Both the position numbers and the translations under genes were made by a program. From a virus (Duplodnaviria > Caudoviricetes), in the IMG/VR virus record IMGVR_UViG_3300032257_000073, positions 1-35,162 of that record: 35,162 nucleotides of DNA; one strand, written 5' to 3'. This document shows, in pieces, positions 26,296 through 33,414 of the stretch (its first letter is position 1; each line of letters opens with the position of its first letter). Below the pieces are notes generated by a model that worked only from the letters and a program-made list of their open reading frames with translations, ran no database searches and had not been told where the DNA came from.

Positions 26296-26622
26296 TCATG
26301 CCTTTCTGCGCGTGTAAACGCGCCAGTCTTGGGTCTTGCGGCCTGGAAGTAGAGGGTCAGGTGACACGCCAATCGTGCGCGGTAGCTCACGACGTTGGCG
26401 CCGCTGCTGTCGTCGCCAGTCCCGAGCGGCCCGAAACGCAGCCCGGCGTGTCCGGAACGGGCCCAGGAGAACGAGGTCCCACCAAGCCGCGCGACCACTG
26501 CATAGTCGCACGCGAGGGCGCTGCCGGCGGACGCCGAAGGCGGATCCGATGCGGTCTGCCACCCACTGGTCGCGCACATAGCGGTCGTAGAGAAGCTCGA
26601 GGTCGCGGTCATGACGGGCCAT
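26296..26622 (-). CDS. Hypothetical Arg-rich protein
   Basis: Codon pattern fits better than the overlapping 26289..26612 frame. Confidence 0.5.
   Translation of the reverse strand: MARHDRDLELLYDRYVRDQWVADRIGSAFGVRRQRPRVRLCSGRAAWWDLVLLGPFRTRRAAFRAARDWRRQQRRQRRELPRTIGVSPDPLLPGRKTQDWRVYTRRKA
26311..26320 (-). repeat. Dispersed 10-mer CGTTTACACG, copy 6
   Basis: Plus strand reads CGTGTAAACG. Confidence 0.8.
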
Positions 26623-26890
26623 CGAGGGCCCGCTTGATCTCGTTGGCTATGACGGCCTCTTCAACGAGTTCAGCCGCGCGAGCCCTGCGGTTCACTTCTG
26701 CTTGGTAGGCCTTCCTGACGAGTCCGCGCTGGCGGTCAACAACACGCGCCCCCGCCTCATCGCGGACGGTCAAGTCGCCTGAGATTTCAACGAGCCAGCG
26801 CGACTCATCGGTCATCTTCAGGGCCCACCTCAGGTCACTCCTCAGGTCCCCGAGCTTCACCATCCTTGCAACCTCGTAGCCGTCTGTCAT
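26609..26890 (-). CDS. Hypothetical protein
   Basis: RBS AGGGA; helical, charged composition. Confidence 0.6.
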   Translation of the reverse strand: MTDGYEVARMVKLGDLRSDLRWALKMTDESRWLVEISGDLTVRDEAGARVVDRQRGLVRKAYQAEVNRRARAAELVEEAVIANEIKRALDGPS

Positions 26891-26945
26891 GGCGCGGTCC
26901 CTGTCCCCCTGAAGTAGGTGAGGTCGACCTTCCTTGACTCCGCGC

Positions 26946-27521
26946 TCATCCCTTCCGCCTCCGCCGCTCCTTGGCCTCGCGCTGCGTCCTCGACACCATC
27001 ACGTCGAAGGCCATCTTGTGGTCCGTGTAAACGGGCGTCTGCTCCCCGAAGCTCGGCAGCATGAGGCCAGCGGGAATGGCCTCCGGCGCCGGCCGAGCCG
27101 ACTCAAGGTAGAACGGGACGCTGGATGGCTGGAGCTTGCCACCGTTCGTGCTCGCCGCGCCGCCCGGTACCGACATGCGGTAGGGGTTATCGTCCTGCCA
27201 CCTGTCCCAGTCCTCGCAGAAGGAGGCCTCGCAGCAAGGGCAGGGCTCGGTCTTCTCTCCTCCCGGCGCGTTGGTCCCGCGACCAGCGCTCGACGACAGA
27301 GCGACGTAAGGGTGGTTGCACATCGTCGCCAGCAGGCTGACGGCAGCCTGTGGCCCGGTGCTCGAGGTGATGTCGACGAAGTCGATGCCCGTCACCGCAT
27401 CCATGGCCGGCGGGTTGCTCACCGCGCCCTGGGGGGCGGGGACCGGGCGGAACCGGTAGATCAGCACCGGTGCCTCATGGTCGCGCTGGGGCTGCCCTGC
27501 CATGTCGAAGAAGTGGTTCAT
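26946..27521 (-). CDS. Hypothetical protein with Cys cluster (CPCC..FC)
   Basis: Start ATG 27521 preceded by the CACCCCAATGGAG leader. Confidence 0.6.
   Translation of the reverse strand: MNHFFDMAGQPQRDHEAPVLIYRFRPVPAPQGAVSNPPAMDAVTGIDFVDITSSTGPQAAVSLLATMCNHPYVALSSSAGRGTNAPGGEKTEPCPCCEASFCEDWDRWQDDNPYRMSVPGGAASTNGGKLQPSSVPFYLESARPAPEAIPAGLMLPSFGEQTPVYTDHKMAFDVMVSRTQREAKERRRRKG
27024..27033 (-). repeat. Dispersed 10-mer CGTTTACACG, copy 7
   Basis: Plus strand reads CGTGTAAACG. Confidence 0.8.
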
Positions 27522-27665
27522 GAGGTTGTCTCCATTGGGGTGATGTGCGGTTCCCGGCCAAGGTGCCAGGGGCGAGAGGCTCACGATGCCCTCGCTGATC
27601 TCCCGCGCGACCATTGCTGCTGTTCGCACTCCAGGGTGGATTGTTGGTCAGGGCTCTGGCGTTGT

Positions 27666-27848
27666 CTAGCCAGAAATCCTAGAGCCGCCCAAGGACATCG
27701 GCGGCCCAAACAAGAGAGCGACAGCGCCCTCGACGGACTCAACCGCAGCAGCCGTCGCTGGCACCCAGTGGGCACCGCCGTCATTTACCCACCAGATGCT
27801 CCCGGCCGGGTAAACCGTAGACGTGTCCACCTCGCGCTGCTCACTCAT
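27666..27848 (-). CDS. Hypothetical protein
   Basis: 60-aa ORF downstream of the tRNA in operon orientation. Confidence 0.4.
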   Translation of the reverse strand: MSEQREVDTSTVYPAGSIWWVNDGGAHWVPATAAAVESVEGAVALLFGPPMSLGGSRISG

Positions 27849-27930
27849 CACGTCACCAGCCCCAACCACCGCAGGATCCACTCGATACCGCCGACGCCGT
27901 CGGGCATGTTCATCGCTCCAAGGGGATAGG

Positions 27931-28014
27931 TGGTGGGTGCGGTGGGAGTCGAACCCACCCGCCTGTCGGCCACGGGTTTACAGCCCGCTCCCAGCCCACG
28001 CCGGGCACGCACCC
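27931..28014 (-). tRNA. tRNA-Tyr (anticodon GUA), class II, encoded CCA
   Basis: GGGTGCG/CGCACCC acceptor plus A73-CCA; anticodon arm GCGGG-CT GTA AA-CCCGT; variable arm GCC-GACA-GGC; T arm GTGGG-TTCGACT-CCCAC. Confidence 0.92.
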
Positions 28015-28033
28015 TTGTCCTTTGGACAAGCTA

Positions 28034-28633
28034 TCACTCCTCCGTCGGAAGCACCAGCTCACCGCAGTCGTCGCAGCGCCATGTGCTGGCATCGATCTGA
28101 GCCCGCGACATGCGGCCGATGACCCCGCACTGGCAACCGATCTTCACCATGCGCGTGGTTTGCTTGGCCTTGCTCGCTGCGCTGGCCTTGAGGCCGGCGT
28201 GGGGGTAGGGGCCAGCTCGGTCCACGATGCCAGCGAGGCGAGCGGACAGGGCCTCGCCGGCCGTGGTCGCGGTCAGCTTGCCCTCGAGGCCTACGGCGCG
28301 AGCCAGCTTGGCGAAGGTGCCTCGGTGGCCGCTCCTGCAGTCGTCCCAGGCATGAACCAGCTCATGGGTGATGACGTCGGCGGCCTTCGCGGGGTCGTCG
28401 ATGGTGGGGGACAGGAAGATCTCGTTGACCTTGCCCTTGGACGCGGCGCGGTTCCAGCACTGGCCGATGGCCTTGTTGCGGTTGGCCCGGCCGCCCGGCC
28501 ACGAGCAGCTCACGCGGTAGTTCCACTCGGGGCCGAGGGGCAGGCCGCACTCAGTGGCGGCGGCATCGATGAGGGGCTCGATGGCCTGGGCGACGCGAGT
28601 CAGCCACTCCTCGCGGGTCTTGGCGGGTTTCAC
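28034..28633 (-). CDS. SprT-like zinc metalloprotease-domain protein
   Basis: TREEWL, RVSC.WP, IGQCW, EIF.SP, HELVH...H...F..LA..VGL and a C-terminal C.C...C..C. Confidence 0.8.
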   Translation of the reverse strand: MKPAKTREEWLTRVAQAIEPLIDAAATECGLPLGPEWNYRVSCSWPGGRANRNKAIGQCWNRAASKGKVNEIFLSPTIDDPAKAADVITHELVHAWDDCRSGHRGTFAKLARAVGLEGKLTATTAGEALSARLAGIVDRAGPYPHAGLKASAASKAKQTTRMVKIGCQCGVIGRMSRAQIDASTWRCDDCGELVLPTEE

Positions 28634-28663
28634 GGGGGTCTCTCCGTTGGGGTGGGGTGTGTG

Positions 28664-28861
28664 TTACCGATCCAAGTCGTCGTGCCAAAGCTCACAGAAT
28701 GTCTCGTAGCCATTACTGTCGGTCGTCTCGCCGTCCTCCCAGGACAGCCACCAGCGGTCGACGAACGGTGGGTACAGGGCGATGCTGCTGTTGGCCACGG
28801 GGATCAGCAGGTGAGGGTTGCTGGCGACGACTCGACCGTGGGGCTCGCGCTTGATTCTCAT
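28664..28861 (-). CDS. Hypothetical protein
   Basis: ATGA overlap, RBS GAGG; the stop is followed by the conserved leader. Confidence 0.6.
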   Translation of the reverse strand: MRIKREPHGRVVASNPHLLIPVANSSIALYPPFVDRWWLSWEDGETTDSNGYETFCELWHDDLDR

Positions 28862-29268
28862 CCCTCGGTCTCCCCCAGCGCCATGGCCAGCATGAAGCTA
28901 AACTCAGCGTCTTCCGCGGCCCACTCCAACAGCACGGCGAGCCGCTCCGGGCTTGGCATCTCGCCGAGCATGATCTGGGCGATGGCCTGCGGCTCATCCT
29001 CGAGCCAGCCCAGCGCGTAGGTCAGGGCGGCGCGCAGCTTGCTGGCCTGCTGCCATGCGGGGTCGGCCATGGCGAGCTGGTGCTGGGCGTTCCATTTTCC
29101 GACGGCCAGCGACGGATGGAACAGGGCGATGACAGGGGGGCAGAGCATCGAGCAGCAGGAGATGGTGAGGTGTGTGCGATGGGTCACGCCACGGGCTACC
29201 TTCGGCGGCTGCTCGCACACGGGGCATGGGAGCAGGTCGTCCCAGGCGTCGTCGGTGGGGGTGGTCAT
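28858..29268 (-). CDS. Lar-like (restriction alleviation) Zn-finger protein with C-terminal helical extension
   Basis: LLPCPVC...ISCC..LC...A..KWN matches the L.PCPFCG...C..C...A...WN Lar pattern. Start 29268 follows the conserved leader. Confidence 0.55.
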   Translation of the reverse strand: MTTPTDDAWDDLLPCPVCEQPPKVARGVTHRTHLTISCCSMLCPPVIALFHPSLAVGKWNAQHQLAMADPAWQQASKLRAALTYALGWLEDEPQAIAQIMLGEMPSPERLAVLLEWAAEDAEFSFMLAMALGETEG

Positions 29269-29297
29269 CGGGTCGTTCTCCGGTTGGGGTTGGTGTT

Positions 29298-30275
29298 CTA
29301 CAACTGACCCAGCACCTGGGCCGTTACCCCGCGAGACAACTCGACGGGGATCATGTTGCCGATCAGCAGCGAGCACAGCGCCCGTTGCTTCGGCAGTTGG
29401 AACGTGTCAGGCAGGCCCTGGATGCGAGCCAGCTCGCGGGGGTTGAGGATGCGGCAGTCGTCACCGTCCAGCAGGTACAGTTGGCTCCCGCTCTTCGTTG
29501 TGAGGGTCGGGGCCCGCTCATGCATGGCCCGCCCCCTCGACTCGCTGACGTTGTTCCAGACACACAGCGAGCCAGCCTCCTTCTGCGCCTTGCGCATGCG
29601 CCAGCGCATCCGCTCGGACTTGGCTGCGATACCGCCCTTGGCCCAGCGGTGCTCCGGCGAGGGCTCGAGATCCAGGCAGTCGCCCAGGGCCCGCGAGTCA
29701 GCGCCCCAGGTCGGCGACAGGCCGAGCCCGCGACCATCGCGGTCGGCGGTCACGATCAGGCGCTGGCGGTCCTGGGCGGAACCGTAGCGAGCCGCGTTGA
29801 GGACGTGAGTCCGCACCGTGTAGCCCAGCGCCACCAGCGCCCCACCCCAAGCGGGGAACAGGCGCCAGCGCAGGAAGTCGGGCACGTTCTCCACGATCAA
29901 CCCGCGAGGCCTCGCGACCTCTGCCGCCGTCACCACGGCCCACGCCGTGGAGCGCTGGAGATGAGCCCGCTCGGCCGCTCGACCCAGGTCGGGGGCATGG
30001 CTCCCGCCCGTGCCCTTGCGGGCAGGCTGGGCGTTCTGGGAGTGGCCCTGGCAAGCTGGGGCGGCCAGCAGGAGCCCGCGCGAGATGTCGGGGAGTTGGG
30101 AGAAGTCGAACTGCTGGAGGTCTTGGCAGGCGTGCTCCGTCGCGGGGTGGTTGCGCTGGTGCCAGCGCACGGCGTCGGGGTTGTGGTTGGCGGCCAGCAG
30201 GACGCGGGCCCCGGCCAGCTCTGCGCCGGCTGAGAACCCACCTGCTCCGCTGAAGAGGTCGACGGCGGGGATCAT
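29298..30275 (-). CDS. dcm: DNA (cytosine-5) methyltransferase
   Basis: Motif I DLFSGAGG, IV APACQGHS, VI VENV, VIII Q.R.RL, IX R.L.PRELARIQG.P, X IGN. Start ATG 30275 (ATGA overlap). Confidence 0.9.
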   Translation of the reverse strand: MIPAVDLFSGAGGFSAGAELAGARVLLAANHNPDAVRWHQRNHPATEHACQDLQQFDFSQLPDISRGLLLAAPACQGHSQNAQPARKGTGGSHAPDLGRAAERAHLQRSTAWAVVTAAEVARPRGLIVENVPDFLRWRLFPAWGGALVALGYTVRTHVLNAARYGSAQDRQRLIVTADRDGRGLGLSPTWGADSRALGDCLDLEPSPEHRWAKGGIAAKSERMRWRMRKAQKEAGSLCVWNNVSESRGRAMHERAPTLTTKSGSQLYLLDGDDCRILNPRELARIQGLPDTFQLPKQRALCSLLIGNMIPVELSRGVTAQVLGQL

Positions 30276-30460
30276 CGGCTCTCCCATCCCGCCAGGAATC
30301 GCGCGCCCTGGGGGTCGAAGCACGGGCCCGCCTCGCTGCACAGCTGCTCCAACTCCGCCACCGTGGCGGTCATGCCAAGCTTGCGCGCGGCGCAGCGGAG
30401 GTCGGCCACGGCGCGCTTACGCGCCGCTGCGGGGTCGCGATTCTTGTCGGCGTGCTTCAT
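30272..30460 (-). CDS. Hypothetical protein
   Basis: Preceded by the conserved leader; coupled to dcm. Confidence 0.65.
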   Translation of the reverse strand: MKHADKNRDPAAARKRAVADLRCAARKLGMTATVAELEQLCSEAGPCFDPQGARFLAGWESR

Positions 30461-30550
30461 CGGGGGGTTCTCCGGTGTGGGGTGTTCCGAGTCAGCGACA
30501 TGCTGGCCCTGGGCGCGGGCCCCCGCGTGAGCAGGGGCCCTGGTCCCGGG

Positions 30551-30793
30551 TCAGGGGTCGATTTCGTAGGCTGCGTGCAGCCCCGACGCGAGCCGAGGTA
30601 TGACGTACCCGTCAAGCGTCCAGCCGTGGTCGTCGACGCCTTCGATGAGGAGATCGTCGCCTTCCACGCGCGCCACGTAGCAGTGCGGCAGGTAGGCGCT
30701 CACCGCGTCCAGCAGCCCAGCCGCCGTCTGCCCGTTGCCCATGCGCACCTTCGCACGTCGGGTGAGCTGTCCTTCGTCGTCCTCAAACTGCAT
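30551..30793 (-). CDS. Hypothetical protein
   Basis: Preceded by the conserved leader CCCCACCGGAGG. Confidence 0.7.
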   Translation of the reverse strand: MQFEDDEGQLTRRAKVRMGNGQTAAGLLDAVSAYLPHCYVARVEGDDLLIEGVDDHGWTLDGYVIPRLASGLHAAYEIDP

Positions 30794-30829
30794 TGCTTGG
30801 TCCTCCGGTGGGGCGGATGGCGTGGTTGG

Positions 30830-31231
30830 TCATGCGTCTGCGCTCGCGATCCGGCACAGCCCGTCCGGCAGGACGGACAGGATCACGTCCGGGTGCCATT
30901 CGCGTCCGCCGTAGGGTCGCGCGTTGCGGAAGTCGTGCACGTTGCGGGGGCGCGGCGTGTCCGGGTGAGCGTCCGCGAAGCCCAGCATAAAGGCCTCGAC
31001 GAAGCGAGGGCCGTCGGGCGTGTCGCACATGGCGCCGTAGTGTGTGGCCAGCGTCCAGTGCTCCCCGCCGACGTAGCCCATGGCGTCTCTTCGCGTGATG
31101 ATGCTGGAAGTCCCTTCGTGGGTGCAGCCAAGGGTCAGGGCGAGCACCCGCGCATCGTCGCGCGTGGCAGTGTCGGGCAGGGCAACGTCGCACGCCGTGT
31201 CAGCGATGAAACGGCCGAAGTCCTTAGGCAT
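30830..31231 (-). CDS. Hypothetical protein
   Basis: Preceded by the conserved leader; high GC3. Confidence 0.7.
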   Translation of the reverse strand: MPKDFGRFIADTACDVALPDTATRDDARVLALTLGCTHEGTSSIITRRDAMGYVGGEHWTLATHYGAMCDTPDGPRFVEAFMLGFADAHPDTPRPRNVHDFRNARPYGGREWHPDVILSVLPDGLCRIASADA

Positions 31232-31260
31232 TGTCTGGTTCTCCGGTGGGGTGGGGTGAG

Positions 31261-32007
31261 TCAGCGAGATACAGGGTGGGCCATCGCGCCCGGCCCATGG
31301 GCTTCAACGACGATGGAGACGCGGCGGTCGGCACGGCCGGTGGAGCCATTGCAGGCCCCGCACGTCTCGCATGTGGTGGTGCTGCCGGGGGTAGTGGCGG
31401 GGCAGACGATCTCGCGGGGGCGCGAGCCCGACGGCTGCCTGTCGCCCTTCGGCAGCACGCGGAACGTGCGCCATCCACGAGCCCGCGCGGTCCGGCCGTC
31501 GGCTTCGCTGTCGGCACTGGCCATAATGAGCGAACGGTAGCGTGCGCCCTTGCGGCCCGTGAGGTTGCGCCATTGATGGGTGTACCCCGTCCATCCCAGC
31601 GGGGCCGCGCGAGTCAGCGATTCCAGGACGCCGATGGGGAGCGCGGCTGGGTCACCCCAGGCGCCCAGCCGCATCTTACGCGCGAACGGCGAGCCGTCCC
31701 AACGCGGGTAGCGATCAGCCCTCCACGCGCGCCACACTCCCAGAGGGGCCTTCGGCAGATCGACGTAGCAGGCCCGCCCCTTGCCCGCGAGTCCGCGAAG
31801 GGGACAGTCCCCGCACACGCTGGCGTCGGATCCGTCGCGCAGAGTCTCATGAGGTGCTGCGTGCTGGGGCATGATCCAGACTTGAACCACGGGGCCGGTC
31901 TTGCGGTTGACGCTGGGGCGGGTCAGCCCGGTAGCGATGGCCACGATGGGGGCGCCGTCCAGCTGGGACGGGCCCCGGTAGATCTCGACTCCGGTTGGGC
32001 GGGTCAT
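31261..32007 (-). CDS. Cys-rich phage early protein, possibly Fe-S/radical-SAM-like fold
   Basis: NRKTG..VQ, CGDCP...CYV, RLGAWGDP, TGYTHQW, MASADS, GWRTF, CPA...CETCGAC. Start 32007 follows the leader. Confidence 0.7.
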   Translation of the reverse strand: MTRPTGVEIYRGPSQLDGAPIVAIATGLTRPSVNRKTGPVVQVWIMPQHAAPHETLRDGSDASVCGDCPLRGLAGKGRACYVDLPKAPLGVWRAWRADRYPRWDGSPFARKMRLGAWGDPAALPIGVLESLTRAAPLGWTGYTHQWRNLTGRKGARYRSLIMASADSEADGRTARARGWRTFRVLPKGDRQPSGSRPREIVCPATTPGSTTTCETCGACNGSTGRADRRVSIVVEAHGPGAMAHPVSR

Positions 32008-32047
32008 AGTGGGGGTTCTCCGTGGGGCTGGGGTTGGGGTTGGGGTC

Positions 32048-32551
32048 CTACGATCCATACAACGCGCGGTGCCATGCCTTTGCAGCGTTGCTGCCGGTGC
32101 CACGAAGCGCGAGGAACACGAGCGCCACGGTGTCCGCGCGACTGGCGAGCGAGCCCGCGCGGTTGGCTTCCCAGACATGGGCGGACCACAGCGACCCGCC
32201 ACCACGGTGGAAGTTCAACGCGGCGGCCAGCGCTCGCGCATCTTCACCGGCGCTCTTTCGGTGCCCGTGCGAGGCGCCGTAGGGTCCGCTCAAGAACCGC
32301 ATGCGACCCTTGCGCCAGTCAGCCAGCTTACAAATGCCTTGCAGCGCTGCGGCCGCACGGCGAGACGGCATGCGGGCTTCGCCGCGTTGCAGGATGACGG
32401 CGGCGCGAAGGGCCCGCGATAGGTGCTCGGTCGCGTCGGGGCCGTTGCTGAGGGTTTCGGCCATCGCGCCTCGCACGACGGTGCGCAAGGCGTCCATACG
32501 TTCGGTGTTCTGGGTCGAGCAGGGGGGAGCCTTCTCGGTGGTGCGTTCCAT
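32048..32551 (-). CDS. Hypothetical protein
   Basis: Start 32551 follows the conserved leader. Confidence 0.65.
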   Translation of the reverse strand: MERTTEKAPPCSTQNTERMDALRTVVRGAMAETLSNGPDATEHLSRALRAAVILQRGEARMPSRRAAAALQGICKLADWRKGRMRFLSGPYGASHGHRKSAGEDARALAAALNFHRGGGSLWSAHVWEANRAGSLASRADTVALVFLALRGTGSNAAKAWHRALYGS

Positions 32552-32637
32552 GGTTTCATTCTCCGGGTTGGGGTGTTGATCCAAGGCGCGCCAGTCCCCG
32601 ACAAGCGGGGGCCGGCTGGTCTTGGCTCAGTGGGGCG

Positions 32638-32838
32638 TCAGCTCGTCGGCCGGGACTTCGACGAACGCCAACGGGCCATCCTGGACTGCTGAACCAACGA
32701 CAGCAGGTTCCTGTAGTTCGTGTCCGTCATGCCGTGCCGGATGGCGTGCTCGATAGAGACGCTGGCGTCAGCGTACCGGCCTTCGTCGATGCTACGGCCA
32801 GCGCGAGCCATGGCGGACTTGATCTCGGCGTATGTCAT
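32638..32838 (-). CDS. Hypothetical protein
   Basis: Start 32838 follows the 32-bp repeat leader. Confidence 0.65.
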   Translation of the reverse strand: MTYAEIKSAMARAGRSIDEGRYADASVSIEHAIRHGMTDTNYRNLLSLVQQSRMARWRSSKSRPTS

Positions 32839-32840
32839 CA

Positions 32841-32872
32841 GTCGGGCTCCGTGGGGTGAGGGGTTAGGCGCG
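32841..32872. repeat. 32-bp exact direct repeat, copy 1
   Basis: GTCGGGCTCCGTGGGGTGAGGGGTTAGGCGCG, identical to 33109-33140. Confidence 0.95.
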
Positions 32873-33106
32873 GTCCGCGTCAGCTTGAAGCGCACGCGCC
32901 ACGGCCCGCCACTCTTCGAGAGCGCGGAAGGCCGCATCGGCTTGTCGCTTCGCCGCGTCTCGCTCCCCCCAGGTCCGAGCACGGTCACACGCCCAGTCGG
33001 AGAAGCGCAGGAAGTCATCTCGCAAGGCGTGGACCTTGTTGTTCGCGGCCGCAACAACGTCGGCAATGGTGGCGTTGGGCTTCAGCATGTTTGGCATCCG
33101 CTTCAT
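32864..33106 (-). CDS. Hypothetical protein (first early gene)
   Basis: Flanked by the two 32-bp repeats; helical, Ala-rich. Confidence 0.7.
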   Translation of the reverse strand: MKRMPNMLKPNATIADVVAAANNKVHALRDDFLRFSDWACDRARTWGERDAAKRQADAAFRALEEWRAVARALQADADRA

Positions 33107-33108
33107 CG

Positions 33109-33140
33109 GTCGGGCTCCGTGGGGTGAGGGGTTAGGCGCG
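33109..33140. repeat. 32-bp exact direct repeat, copy 2
   Basis: Identical to 32841-32872. Confidence 0.95.
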
Positions 33141-33288
33141 CTGCCCCCGGTGGCGATCCGGGGGCAGCTGGTCCATCTCCTCGGCGCACCGTGCTGCCCG
33201 GCTTCCCGCTGGGCCGGCTCAAGTCTGGCCGTGGTGCGCGTTGCAGTCGGCGCCCCCGTGGGGGCTGCCGGCTGCCTGAGTTGTCAAT
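33140..33288 (-). ncRNA. Candidate structured 5' leader of the early transcript
   Basis: Three consecutive stems (33140-33168 perfect 11 bp; 33184-33239; 33243-33275), preceded by the boxA-like ATTGACAACTCAG. Confidence 0.45.
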
Positions 33289-33338
33289 GGTCGTGTGCTG
33301 CTGGCCGGGCTGGCGGTGCCATGTCCGACGCACTAGGT

Positions 33339-33365
33339 ATATCGGCCAATCAACCCAAACGTTTA
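33339..33365 (-). promoter_or_regulatory. sigma28 (FliA/SigD/WhiG)-type promoter for the early operon
   Basis: Minus strand TAAA-CGTTTGGGTTGATTG (15 nt)-GCCGATAT versus consensus TAAA-N15-GCCGATAA. Confidence 0.7.
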
Positions 33366-33372
33366 AACGTTT
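33357..33372. promoter_or_regulatory. 16-bp perfect palindrome AAACGTTTAAACGTTT (operator candidate)
   Basis: Overlaps the -35 element and contains CGTTTAAACG, the symmetric form of the dispersed 10-mer. Confidence 0.6.
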
Positions 33373-33387
33373 CCCAAAGAATCTCGG

Positions 33388-33414
33388 TCAAGTCGTCCTA
33401 AGCCCCTGCCGATG
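33388..33414 (+). promoter_or_regulatory. Second, divergent sigma28-like promoter candidate
   Basis: TCAAG-N15-GCCGATG, ending ~30 nt upstream of ATG 33443. Confidence 0.4.

Noticed and set aside
26289-26612. Alternative 107-aa ORF with neat ATGA overlaps
   Set aside because: Thr/Ser/Ala-rich pattern typical of an off-frame read; 26296..26622 has better codon structure. Not fully excluded.
30517-30540. GC hairpin between early genes as an intrinsic terminator
   Set aside because: No U-tract on either strand; such stems are common at this GC content.
33282-33287. Perfect TTGACA (also 25772-25777) as a sigma70 -35
   Set aside because: No acceptable -10 at 16-18 nt spacing; treated instead as part of a boxA-like repeat.
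33103-33333. 76-aa minus-strand ORF
   Set aside because: Starts essentially at the predicted TSS without an RBS, is Pro/Gly/Arg-rich, and overlaps hairpins better explained as a leader RNA.
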